64,000 bases of DNA from Blastocystis sp. Blastoise (lineage: Eukaryota > Protista > Bigyra: Opalinata). Below are positions 13,147 to 37,550 of the stretch, in pieces (positions within the stretch are counted from its first letter, which is position 1; the number at the start of each line of letters is the position of its first letter). Made by a program: the position numbers and the translations under genes. The notes beneath the pieces are model-generated. The model did no database searches. It was not told the DNA's origin and saw nothing but the letters and a program-made list of their open reading frames with translations. The stretch spans positions 682,001 to 746,000 of the forward strand of contig JBBPEB010000025.1 in assembly GCA_039096225.1 (NCBI GenBank), given 5' to 3'.

Positions 13147-13996
13147 TGACGAAAACTAAGAAAAAGAAAAATGAATGATAATTTTTTTTTTTTTATTTTT
13201 GAAAATGAACGCTTTTCCTGATTTTACCCTAATACGAACAATTTTTTGAATTATCTGCATATATATATTGATTAACATATAGAAATCTGTATACTATATG
13301 GATTCAAAATCAAGATAATCATATTCATAAACTATTCAACTAACATTAACATTTTTCAAAGTTATTATTTTCTTTATATTAATTATTACTATTGAGAACA
13401 TAGTGAGAAATACCAAACAGCTTATTTCATATGAATATGATGAGAAGTATTGACTAGTATTCAAACTAAGATATGTTAAATGACAGTTTAAGATTATGAC
13501 TATTTCAGGTAATATATATAGATCATGGACCAAGTTTTAAAAGTTCTTTGGCATCCTATAATTTTTATCTCACGAAATCAATTAGAGTTCGTTGAATAAG
13601 ATTATCATGCAGAACAGGATTAACACATGTATAGATTGTAATACACATTTTATTATTATTATTGTGTTAGTTTACCCTGTATAAATTCAGATAATGAATT
13701 CAAAATAGATCCTTTTTATTTAAAAAAACTGTCTAGTTTGAACAACATTTGGTTCACAAATAAAAAAATTATCGCGATTATTTTTTAAAAGTCATTATTT
13801 TTTATTGAACAACCGAAAAATAATTATAATTATCATTTAAATCACAAAGTACCATTTTTAGATTTCTTCTTAAAAAATATTCTTTTTTCCTTTTTCACCC
13901 TATTAGTAATAGATATATACTATTTTAAGTGTTCCGCTTGTAGATACAGTTGATTTATATATAATTCAATCATTTGTTGTTTTATACTTGTATTTC

Positions 13997-14923
13997 ATGT
14001 CTGATTCTGAAAACAACTATGCTGTTGGAGACAACGATATTCAGTATCTTCTTTCTGAAAATACTTGCGATTCCCAAACAACAGTAACTAGTGATAATTG
14101 CTCTGAATGTGTTCCTTTGCATCAAAAGAAACCAAGTGCTACGTATACTTATTCTAATATATTCTTATAATCTCATAAACCTTATTTATCTTAGAAATGT
14201 CATGTTTTTCGATGACTTAGTACCTCACACATCTGATTATTCAAGTTATCTTCCTCCATGTAATCCATTTAGTGACATCAATGAAATAAATATTTCTGAA
14301 GTATATCTTGTGCTGTAGTATATATATTCATATTGCTTTTTTATATAGATGCAATCAATTTTAAGTCACTCTAAGAATGATGCAAATGCACAACTCACTA
14401 TTGTTGATTGCCGATATTCTTATGAATACGAAGGTGGACATGTAATAAATGCCAAGAACTATGAAACATTTGACACTCTTTGCTCAGAATTAATCCCTCA
14501 ATTAAACTCAACAAAAATTAATATTATTCTTTTCTACTGTGAATACTCTCAAGTCCGTGCACCTGAAATGTATATATTACTATTTATTAAATATGTTGTT
14601 ATTTTTGATATATATATATATATTTTCAATGTTTATTATTTTAGTTATCTCTCTCTATATATATGTTTTATTATATTTAAATATATATATATAGGTGGAA
14701 AAGGTTTCGTTTACATGATCGTAAGTTTTTAAATGTTGATTCTTACCCCTCTCTGAGTTATCCTTATATTTATGTTATTAAAGGAGGTTATAAAGCTATT
14801 TATGAATCATTACCAGTATATAGATATTATTATATTTAATATGTTTAGTATGTTTATTATTATTTTAGTAACTATTATTATTATTATTTTAGTAACTATT
14901 ATTATTATTATTATTTTAGTAAC

Positions 14924-14986
<63 letters not shown>

Positions 14987-15281
14987 ACTTATTATAATAA
15001 AAACTATTATTATTATTAACCTATTATAATAATAACTATTATCATTATCAACTTATTATAATAAAAACTATGATTATTATTATTTTTATCATTATGCTAT
15101 CCTATAGTCTCTTTGTGTGCCACATCAATATATATCTATGAACGATCCTTTATACCATGAACAATTCAAACAGAAATGCTCTAGTTATGTCGATACATAT
15201 ATATTCCGAAGACCCAAGAAAACCAATACGCTGCATAAAGTGCCCTGCAGCTATAAGGCAGCGAGACGACTATTTACATAA
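13997..15281 (+). CDS. CDC25: Cdc25-like rhodanese-fold phosphatase
   Basis: IVDCRYSYEYEGGHV, FYCEYSQVRAP (CX5R), DR..N...YPSLSYPYIYVIKGGY and YISM. Five exons. Ends ..AARRLFT*. Confidence 0.88.
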
Positions 15282-15950
15282 TATAATAGCTAATAAGTAC
15301 CATTCAATATATATATATATATATATATTGTTTATTCTTTGGGGTAAAAGTATTTTTATTGTTCTTATCTGTTTTTATTATACATAATACTTTGTTATAG
15401 TATTATTTTATGTTATTCATTTATTCTATATTTATCTACTATATATTGATCTTATTCTATATATATTCTATATATTTTACTTATATATATATTCTTTCTG
15501 TTGTGTATTGGTTAGTTTTTTAAACATGGAAATTTATTATTTTCATTTTTGTATATATACTTTTCTATTTTTCTTATTCTTTTTAAAAATTATTCTTTTC
15601 TAATTCTTAGTGTATTTATTCTTAGTTTGCTCTTTATGTATATATTGTACTATTAATACTTGTATTCACCACTTTTTCTTTAGTATATATATATACATGT
15701 AAAGTATATTAAGTTCTTTAGTTTAGCAAATAATACTATTTATAAATCAGCCAATAATAAAAAAATGTTATAACATAGACAATAGTGTTAAAAAAAAAAC
15801 AAAATTTAAAAAAAAAGGAGTCACAATAGAGTTGCACAAAAAATTGAAAAAAATAGAAAGAAAATGAATATGAAAAATTGAAAAAGATAAAAAGATAAAC
15901 AATAGTTGAATATGTTTAATATATATATATTTAAAAAGGTCAAATAATCA

Positions 15951-17038
15951 TTAAGTTGACGAGTTCTTCTTTTCTACTGCAGCACGAATACGAGCCAAAT
16001 TATTGGTCAACTAGAAAGTCACATAGTGAGTAATATATAGAATTAGGAATATATCAAAATATAGTATTATTATTATTCGATAGAATTTGAGTATATAGAA
16101 TAAATATATAAATATATAAATATATAAATATATAAATATATAAATATATAAATATTAAATATATAAATATATAAATATATAAATATTAAATATATAAATA
16201 TATAAATATTAAATATATAAATATATACAGTAATGAAATAATTCGATAGTTCATTATATTTCAGAATAACTGGTTCGTTAGGTTGAGGATATAGTAATAA
16301 TAAATAACGTCGAAATAGAGTAGAAAGAGATAATGAAAAAGAGAGAGTAAATACAATTTGTGATTTTGAAGGGAAAAAGTTGATAAAGGCTTCTATATAA
16401 CTAGAATCTTTAAGAGAATAGAGGAGAGAGATAGACGTTGAAGTGACGACGTGAGGGACCCAATTATAACAAGTTTCCAAGAACTATATATAGTTATATT
16501 ATATATATAGAGTATGTTAGAATGATAAATAATAATAATATTAAATAATATATATATATATATACATGTATGATTTCTTGTTGATTTTTAATTTTCTCTT
16601 GCATTTCCCGCCATTTCTGCTCTTCGACTTCAGGGAGGGAATCCATTGTAAGTCTAATTTTTTGATTTTTACGAAGTTCTTCGTATTCACGACAGAGTGA
16701 TAAATAATTGTCACGTGACACATCCCTCTCTTTTCGTAATAATTTAACGGCTTCTTCTTCTTCATTTAGCATCTCGCAAACAGCCTATATATATATATAT
16801 AATAGTAATAAATATAATAATAATAAATATAATAGTAATAATAATAAATATATTAATATACTAAATCTTCTTTATATTGTTTTTCATTATGAATTAATCG
16901 TTTTTCTAGTGTCATAAGTGCACCGATATCAACAGATTTAATTCCCGCGGTAATATCATGTATTTGTTGAATGAATGGATTTTCAGATAAAACTACTGGA
17001 GGTTCAAGATTTATGGAGGATATCTATATATATATATA

Positions 17039-17075
<37 letters not shown>

Positions 17076-17155
17076 TATATATACAGATATGAAACTGTCT
17101 CTTGTAGAACTAATAGAACTATCGGTATCCTATATAGAATAATAATAATAATAAT

Positions 17156-17193
<38 letters not shown>

Positions 17194-17455
17194 AGAGCCA
17201 TATTTGTTGAAGATAATATTTTGGGATATATAGAAAACCTAACTGATTGATCATTCTGATTTCCATTCCCCGCGGGGAAAAGAGACATTCGAGGGGGTGC
17301 TACCATATAATTCGTAGTTCTTTTTTTATTCATATCAATTGGTATTGAGAGAGGAGGAAGAGAATTATTATTATCTGAAATATTATTATTATTTGAGATA
17401 TTATTAATATTATTTGAGATATTATTATTATCTGAGATATCATTATTATTTGAAA

Positions 17456-17513
<58 letters not shown>

Positions 17514-18761
17514 AGGAGTAACAATGACAGATGGAGGTGCCATTATTATATTACTATCATTAGTGGTTTGTATATCCTTCTTTTTCTCTATATTTTTATT
17601 TAGATCTATTTTGATATCTTCTTCTTTGCCTTCTTCATTTTCACGATTATCATACTTTTCTTCAGTCACATTTTCAATACTTTCATGATTATCTTCAGAA
17701 AGTGAGAGATTTGATTCATTCTTTGAAGAGAAGGATAGAGTGTTCTTTAGAAGTGATGCCGTACTATTAAATGAGGGACGTACACGTGCTAAAAGGGGAT
17801 CTGTACTTGTATTTTGTTGATCAACAAAAGATGATGAAATAGTATTCCTTGAACTAGCACATGACATAGAGGGATTCGAAGACACAATAAACTCATTGGG
17901 TAATAATGATGTATTTGCAGGTACATCACGTGTAGTTGTTCCTGTATTATTCAAAATAGTATCATTATAAAATGATGACAGACGATTTGTCACAGATCGA
18001 TTTAAAACATCTCTTTTTAATTCTTCATATTTATTTACTTTCTTTGTAGATAGCGGTGTCACTAATAAACGAGAAAGAGAAGCACGTGTGTCCGTTCTGG
18101 AAGAAGGAGGCGTCATGGGGGTTGTGGAGGGATTCTTAACGAGGGAAACTGCGCGGGAAATTGAAGGAGTCGTAACCACAGACGAAGAAGGTGTATTATT
18201 GTCTTTATTATTATTATCACTAGTACTATTTGACTTCTTCTCTTCTTCATTCTGTTGATATACAAATAAAGACTTATTTAATAAACTATCACGAACAGAA
18301 TATTCGCGGTTATCTGAAGAAATTGAAGAATCATTACTTGAAATACTAATATATTGATCTTTATATAAACAATCAATATTTGGAGGAGTAGTGATATTAT
18401 TATTATTTATATTATCCATATTATTATTATTATTTATATCATTATTATCTATAGTCTTATTATTATTTATATCATTATTATCTATAGTCTTATTATTAGC
18501 ATTGTTTAATAATTCGATATGTTGATCTTTATTATCATTTTGATTGGATGATTGTAATAGAGGAGTTGTATACAGCACGTGATCTAGAGCAGATGCAATT
18601 GTATTCCCTGATATTTCAGGCGTTATAATACGTTTAAGATCATTTACAATATCACTTGTATTATTATTATTCTTATCTGAATTAATAGGTAATATATTGT
18701 TTTGAGTATTTATATTTGAATATTCAGAAATGTCTTCAACATTAGATTGTTTAACAAGCGA

Positions 18762-18792
<31 letters not shown>

Positions 18793-19607
18793 GATTGTGT
18801 TTGATTTATAATACTACTACTAATATTGATTATAGAATTACTTTTATTATGACTATCTTCTGTACCTTCTAGAACATTCTTTGTATTTGTACTAATCACG
18901 TGATGGCTACTAATATCTGATTCACTGAATTCTTTTGATTCATCTTCTTTTATAACAGATAAATCATGACCTGTAAATAAAGAAGTACTATATAATGATA
19001 TAGAATCTTTTGGTTGAGGTATAGATACTGAAGAAGAAGAAGAAGAAAGTAATGTTTCTTGAGTATTCTCTAAATTACTTATAATTCTATTATTATTTAT
19101 ATTAGTATCCTGTATAGTATTATTATTATTATTAATGTTATCTGTATTATTATCTATTTGTTCATTAGATTTAACTTTCTGAATTGCATGTTCTATTTCT
19201 TTTTCTTCTTTATTTAATAAATCACTTAGTTTTACGTTAGTATTCGACATTTTATGAATATCAGGTGAAGATGATATAACAGGATGAGTAGGAATATTAA
19301 TATCCTTTTGATTTTCATTTGAATTATTTATTTGATGAATAGAATTAAAACTTAAATCCATTGTAGATATACTCATATCAGAACTATTATTATTATTATT
19401 TATAGTAGTTACTGTAGGGTGTATATTGAGCTCTAAAGTATTTGTATTGACTAACCCTGGTTCTAGCTCCTTCAGAAGACTTGGAATCGATTCAGCATGG
19501 ATTGTTTGAGTTGAAAGTGTCATATTCATTTCTGATGTTAATACATTTCCAGAAGGAATAATTGAAGAAGTAAGTATTTTATTATTATTATTATTATTAT
19601 TATTCTG

Positions 19608-19701
<94 letters not shown>

Positions 19702-19964
19702 TGTTTATTATTATTATTATCAGATATATGACTAGATACAGTTGTTGTTTCTATATTACTATGTTGTTGTAGTATATCATGAAGTATACCATAATCAAAT
19801 GTATCACTTTCATTAAAATCACTCTTACTACTTCCAGAATGTATTGTTGTATGACTGAATGCATCTGATTCTGATTTCAGACGTTTACTAGTTGTTATAT
19901 CTTGATTATTTATAATTAAACTATTGGAATCAAGAAAACGTTTTTCAGGTTGAACAAATATCGA

Positions 19965-20017
<53 letters not shown>

Positions 20018-23000
20018 GATTCTGTTCATTATCGATTTCTTGTTGTAATGGATCTAAGAGCATAGAGAGTCTTGTTAAGTCCATAGTAGTCATAGATTCA
20101 CGTTGTTTAAACCCTTCAATTTCATTCTGAATAGAAGGAAGTATAGAGGAATAACGTGTAAAAGATAAAGTATTATTTGTATCCATATTTGAATCTAAAG
20201 AAGAAATAGACATACGAGAAGAAGAAGAAGCACGAGGAATATTATTTTTATTATTATTATTATTATTATTAGTAGTAGTAGTAGTAGTACTTGCATTATT
20301 ATTAATCATCTTATCATTATTATTATTCTTTGTAGTAATAATAGGAGTAATAATAGAATCTAATATACTATCCTCCATATCTATATCATTAATATTATTA
20401 ATATTATTATCATTAAGAGATGACGAAATACCTGATTTTCTTAAAGAAGATCGATTTAAGACTGAATCAGCCAGTGACGAACGAAGTTGATTCTTAATAA
20501 TTCGCTCATATTCCTTTTTATCTTCTATTAAACTCTTTCTACTATCTGATTTTTCTTTTAAATTAGTATTCTCTAAGGGTATTTTACGTTCTAAAGGTAA
20601 TGAATTATTTAATATAGAATTCTCTTTCATCTCTAAGTTACTAGTATTAAGAATATCCGAAAGAGCTGTAAAACTCATCGTATTGTGATCTTCAAGAATC
20701 ATATCATTATTATTATCATTATTATTAATATAATTATTATTATCATTATTATTATCATTATTATTATTAGGAGCAGTAATAATATTCATTGCATTGGTAT
20801 TATTATTAGTAGGAGTTGTAACATTATTATTCATAATGTCATTAGTATTAATATTCGTAGTAGTAGCAACATTAATAGTATTATTAGAATTATTATTATT
20901 AATTTTATTATGAACATCTTTAGATTCTTCAATAATAGCATTATTACTATAATTATCCTTATTATTATCATCCATACTCATGCCATCATCAGATTGTATA
21001 CTATTTTGTTCTTTTATATTTAATGGAGGCAATTCATTGGCTAATTCATCAAGAGCACGTGATATATCTAAAGTACCACTAAGATCCATGCGATTATCAT
21101 GCGTATTCACTTTTTGATTGGTAGCTGCTGCAATATCATGTTGCACTAACAATTGGGTGTTATCTATATTATTATTATTACTAAACACATCTAAATCTAT
21201 AGTATCATTATTTATATTTTTTTGAGAATTTATTTCTTTTTTCTCTTCTTTAGTATTATTATTATTAATATTATTATTATTATCATCATTTTCTTCTTCA
21301 TTAAAATGGTGAATTAAATTTAAGGCGGGATTCAGATCTTCATCGATTGATAATTCTTGTTTATCTTTTTCTTTATCTATATTTTTATCATATTTATGAA
21401 TATTTTTTATAGATTGTGAAGAAGAAATAGATTTTCTCTCATTTTTACTATTTTTTGATTTATTTGTTTTTAGATCAGAAACAGTAAAAGAATTTCTTGA
21501 AGGTAATAAGTCTATATCATCTACTGATAAATCAAATATACTTAATGAAATAGTATTATGTTTTGAAGAATTTGGATTCATAGAATTTCTTATTTCTTTA
21601 TTTTCATTAGATATCTTTGAAATAGATATAGAATTATGCTGTTTAGTCTTTGTATTTGAAAGTGATGCATTCGAAATATTAAATGGATTTGAAGTAACGA
21701 ATGAAGGAGACTGAATAAATAATGTATCTATACTATCTATAGTCATTGTATTAGTATTATTATTATTATTAGTATTATTAGTATTATTATTATCTGAGAT
21801 ACTATTATTATTATTATTATCTTTATTATTTACAGTAGATTCTTCTTCATGAGTACTCATGTTACTATCAGTTAATATATGATTAATATCTGATAAATCA
21901 AATGTATTTGTATTATTATCTATATTAACTACGTTATCAACATTAGATAATGATGAAGAAGAAGAAACTTTGTCTTGAATGGAATCACTCATAATTTCTT
22001 TATTTATTTGTTTTTTATTCACTTTTTTTGTACTTGATTTTCTAGTAGATTTACTTTTTCGACCACGTTTTTTAGGTGTTGGTTTTACCTTTTCTATTTC
22101 AATAGTATCTATAGTTAAGTCTTCATCAATATGTTTAGAAGAATCCATATTAGTATTTATTGAAGGAAGAATAGTAGCAGTAGCAGTAGTAGCAGTAGCA
22201 GTAGTAGTAGCAGTATCAGTAGTAGCAGTAGAAGAAGAAGTAGAAGAAGAAGCAACAGCAGGAATAGAAGTAGAAATAGAATTCATATTATTTGTAGATA
22301 TTGGTATGATAGTAGTAGAAATAGAATCAGAAGAAGAAGGTGATATAATATGAATATCTTTATTAATAGTATCATTAGAAAAAGTTGATTTTTCTATATT
22401 TATAGAATCATTCTTATCTTGAACAGTATTGTGTATAGTAGATAATTCTGATACATGACTTCTATTCAATATAGAATCATCATCACTATTACTATTATTA
22501 TTATTATTATTATCATCATCACTATTTACAATAATTACTTTCATATCTTTATCATTCATCTTATTCTCTTCATTATCCTGATTATCTTTTTCATTATTAT
22601 TATTATTCATTTCTTCTAATAATTGTTGTTGATGTTCTTGAAGTAACTCATGTTCAATCAACTTATTATTCTGTACAACATTTTCATTATTTAATCCTTT
22701 ATATTTACGTTTCAAATAATCATCATAACTTTCTCTTCTTTCTTTATCATTTGTCGTCTCTTTATTATTATTATTATTATCAGCATTATTATTATTATTA
22801 TTTTCTATTATAGTATCATGATTATTACTAGTATTCTTACTATTACTTGTTGTGTTCATTGAATTATTCTGTTTATTTAGTAGTGATCGACTATATTCAA
22901 TAAGTGAGTCATTCAAAGAGGAATCATCAGTATCAAAGAATGATCCATTATAATGACCGTCAATTTGATTCTCAGGGGTATCTACTTCATCGAAATGAAG

Positions 23001-23387
23001 AGTTAATGAGGAAATAGTTGAAAATATAGGAGAATTAGAAGGTGATATATTATTATTATTATTATTATCTGAGATATTATTATTATTATTCGAACGAGGA
23101 GGAGTAATAATAGGAATAGTATTAATCTTATTATTATTATCAGGGGTAGATAGAGAATGAAGAGAAGGAGAAGGAGAATCTAATGAATATATATATGTAT
23201 TCATTTTTGAAACTTTAGAACTATTTTCTATAGATTTAGAATGTATAGGAGAAAAGTTAGATATATCTACTGAAAATGGAATCGAGGGTTCCATATTTTT
23301 ATTATTATTAGTTGTATTAGTAGTAGTTTTGTTTAATAATTTTATTGATTCACTTGCTAGAGGAGATAAATTAATTTTTTCTGAATG

Positions 23388-23445
<58 letters not shown>

Positions 23446-24230
23446 GATAAGCTTGTATCCATTGAATTTAATAATGAATCAATTTCATTAAATGTTTCTG
23501 TTCCATTCGTTTCAAATGTGAGGGATTTCGAAACTTGATCCATATCTTCTTTAGTAACAACTTTAGAAGCAGGAGAAGAAACAGAACTTATAGAATGTGA
23601 TATATCTATAGAATTACTATTAGACGCTTTAGAAGTATTAAGAGTATTAATAAAAGATAAATCAATTGTATTATTATCTTTATTAGAAGCACTACTTTCT
23701 TTATTATTATTATTATTATTATTATTAATATTTTCTGGAGTAGAATGAGTATCTATATTTTTAGTAAAAGTAGTTTCTTTATCAACAGATGTAGAATTAT
23801 AAGATTCATTCAGTAATGAGCTTAATACGGATGGATTTACTGTTTGTCTATTAGTAACAGGAATAGTAATATTTAATAAAGTATCTTTACTTATATTTAA
23901 TATAGAATCAATAGAAGAAGTAGAATTATTTGATGAAAATGTAGACACAGAAGAATATTTTGATTTATTAATATCTGTATTAATAGTATTAGTAGCAGAT
24001 ATATTTATAGCATTATTACTATTATTATTATATGTATTTGTTAATAAGGAATCTAGTACCGATGTTCCGCGAATATGCATTAAAGATGGCTTCTTTATTG
24101 GAGAAATTTGCGGGGGATGAGAATAGGTAGATTTAAGTATATCCATATCATTAGTAATATCTTCATTTGAAATGGCATCGTTATTATTTTTGATAAGTTG
24201 AATAGTATTTTTATTATTATTAGTATTAAT

Positions 24231-24314
<84 letters not shown>

Positions 24315-24315
24315 G

Positions 24316-24358
<43 letters not shown>

Positions 24359-25482
24359 GAAGAAGAGGAGAAGGAGGAGTAATTGGTTCTTTATAATCTT
24401 TCCATGTATTACTATTAAATATAATATCTTGCTTTCCTATTGTATTTCGCTTATTTACTATTTCATTATTATTATTATTAGCATTATTATTAGTATTATT
24501 ATTATCAGTATTATTATTCTTATTATTATCATTAGTATTACTATTATCTTTATTATTATTATTACTAATATCAAAACCACTTGTATTGATTACAGACAAT
24601 GACGCACGTGACATATCTGACACAGAAACACTATTATCTATTAATATAACGGAAGGATCCGAATTCTCAGAAATTGACATCGAAAGATCCTTTTCATGTA
24701 TACTTTGTTGACGAACATAATTTCTATATATATATATATTAACAGCATTATAATAAATAATATATATATATATATACCTCATTTGAGAAACAGGAATAAG
24801 AGACTCTCTTGTGGGTTCCTATATAAAGAATATATTATATAAAATAATTAAAAAAACTGTCAAAGAATAAAAGAATAATAATAATCAAATAATAATAATA
24901 ATCAATCAAAATAATAAAAAAATATACTAAATCTTCATCACTGTCATTTTCCCATTGTTCTAAAATACTATTATTCTTTATCGTTTCTTCATCTAGTTCT
25001 TCTTTAATGGGAGTGAATACTTCATGCTCTTGTTTATTTACATATATATCAAGAATTTCCTATATATAAAAAATAAAAATAAATTTTAATCTAGAATAAT
25101 AAAGAAATAATTAAATTATACAAAAGAAATCACATACTTTTTCTTCTAATGGATTTAAATTAGTAGTTGGATCATTCATATTAAATTCAGCCACAGCAGG
25201 AGTACCGAAATTAACACTTTTTCGTACACCTGTTGATTTCTGAGCTGATAAACATGATTTAATAGGATAGCCACTATCTCTAGATCTCTTTAATGCAGAT
25301 CCTGGAGTTCGTGTACCAATAAGTGGAGTTAAATAAACTACGGATTTTCTTTTGGGGATTTTAATTGGAGTTGATATAGGAAGACCATTGAATAGATCTG
25401 ACTTTGTTTTTTTGGCATTATCTAGATTTGTATCTTCTTCAGAAGCAGGTCTTTTCTGAGAATGATCATTTTCATTTGACAT
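15951..25482 (-). CDS. KNL1: KNL1/Spc105/Spc7-like kinetochore scaffold, ~2,900 aa, poly-Asn-rich
   Basis: N-terminal IKSCLS and RKSVNF (SILK/RVxF-like PP1 motifs) followed by GTPAVAEFN..PTTNLNPL. MELT-like repeats (MDLT, MSFT, LSFT, MDLS). C-terminal coiled coil then a short beta/alpha domain. 7.5 kb central exon ~17190-24724. Confidence 0.7.
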
Positions 25483-26188
25483 TTTATAACTCTTTATTCT
25501 TTTTATTTAATCTAGAATCAGATTGAGAAATTAATAAAGATATCCTAGATCAGTTCAAATAATATATATTCGAGTTTTTTGTCTTTTGAAACTTTTAAAA
25601 AAAAATTCCCACTTAATAAAAAATAATTCTAAAACTTATAAAAATCCACTGAAAAAATTGAAATATTCGTGATTAAATTGATTTATTTCTTTTTTAGATT
25701 TCTTTAGTTAATGAAGATTATTAGGTTATTCAAATGAAAATATTGTTTTTTAAGAAGAACTATTAATCATAGAATTGTTGTTACGTTAACTTAAAATAAT
25801 AAAATGTGAAAAAAGAATTAAAATCATTTTTTTTTATAGTATGTCTATTTATGAATTTTAAACCTTAACAATATGTATAAATATGTTATAGATATCAAAT
25901 AAATAATTTTTTTCATTCGATATAGTAAAAAAAACATAAACACAAAATAAATTTAATGGTTTATGGTTTTAAATGTATATAGATATGAAAAACCAATTAG
26001 AAACAGCATGAAAAGAGTATATAAGATCACGAAAGAACACAATAGATTAAAAAAAAATAAAATAATCAATAAAAAAAAGATAGAAAAAGAAAAATTTTTA
26101 AAAAGATGAAACCATAGTCAAGAGATTTATATAAAAATAAATATTAATAATATATGAATACTAAAGAAAAGTGAGTATATATATATTT

Positions 26189-29168
<2,980 letters not shown>

Positions 29169-29673
29169 GTTCTTTCGCTGTATTTAAAATAATGCAAAAT
29201 AGTGAATATGAATGTTTATAACAATAAAATAATACGAACACGCCTTTTTCGGCATTTTCTTCAATTTCACAAAGATTTAAGAAAAAACTCAATGAAATAC
29301 AATATCTTCACGGGAATTTATTTGAGTTTCGATTTCAAAAAGAATTTTTTGTTTTTTTTTGTTTATTCATTGAAAACACATGATTCATAGATCTTTGGAT
29401 ACTGTGTGTCTTTTCCTATCTAATTTGGATTCTCGTTTATATTTCTGTATATGTATTATAGTAAATTGCATATGATTACTCAATATGCGATAATAATGTC
29501 GTTCAAATAGTATGTTAAATTGGAGCAACGAATATACTTATTAATTACAAAATAATAGCAAGACAGATTTTAAAGACGATGATTTATTACAAGAATATCG
29601 AATTTTTATAGATAATAAAAACAATAATCAGAGAGATCATTTAAGATAAGATAAGGGTATATGTTTTATATAT

Positions 29674-36615
<6,942 letters not shown>

Positions 36616-36803
36616 ATCAATTGAAACTATGAATGCAACAAGAATAAGATATAAAACAAAGAAAAACAATGAGAAAATGAAATCTTGATTATTTCGAGCT
36701 TCTAGCTGTTCTTTAAAAGAAAAACATAATTCGGACACAAAAAAGTTTTCTATTTTATTGATTTCGATTTATTGTATTAATTTTAGTATTCTACATTCCT
36801 AGA

Positions 36804-37260
36804 ATGAGTGATTACTTTCAATTTATTCCAGCTATTCAAGATATCATTACAGAAGCTTTAAGATGTATATTACTTTTCTTGTTTTTTTTCATTATTATTA
36901 TTATATTTAGCTTCCGATGGTGACTTTACTATGCTTGATACGCTTCTTCCAAAAGGTTTATTAGAAAAGTCATTGACGATGATTGAACAAGAAAAGTTTC
37001 ACATTATTCGCGGTTTACCCAGTCAGAAAGATTATTATCATTATAGGGGAAGTAATCCAATGAAACCAACAGATTTTTTTTGTAGTAAACATTATTGTCC
37101 CTGTGATTTATTCAAGTCTTCGTTACGTGAGAATCATGAAATCGTCATTTGTCCTCATATCTTAGCTGTCATGATAATAAACTATAAAAGTATTTCAATT
37201 CCTGTAGATATAAAAGATGATAAAGATATAATCCTACAGATATCCAATAAACCTGCATAA
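36804..37260 (+). CDS. ZSWIM7: SWIM zinc-finger protein, ZSWIM7/Sws1-like
   Basis: Two exons. HYCPCDLF..ICPHILAV (CxC..CxH) in a ~135 aa protein. Head-to-head with RAB3GAP2 (~190 bp apart). Confidence 0.8.
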
Positions 37261-37550
37261 ATATATGTATATCTATATATTTAGTGATTACAGTATATGG
37301 TATATTTTATAGTTTTTAAATAAATGAAAAAAATGGAAAGAAACAAAATGATGATAGAAATATAAATAAACAAAATGATAATAGAAATATAAATAAATAA
37401 AAAATAATAATAATTAAAATACAAGCAAAAGCATTAAATGAATCAAAAATGCATAATGAAGAAAATAGTAAGCAAATATTCTATAATTATATATATAATA
37501 ATAATTATTATTATTATTATATATAAATATAGAGATTAAGAAGAATACTT

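Noticed and set aside
20685-24602. Plus-strand ORFs inside the giant gene
   Set aside because: Antisense shadows of poly-Asn/Thr/Ser coding sequence. The same applies to 2870-4326, 31064-31396, 52244-52828 and 57909-58175.
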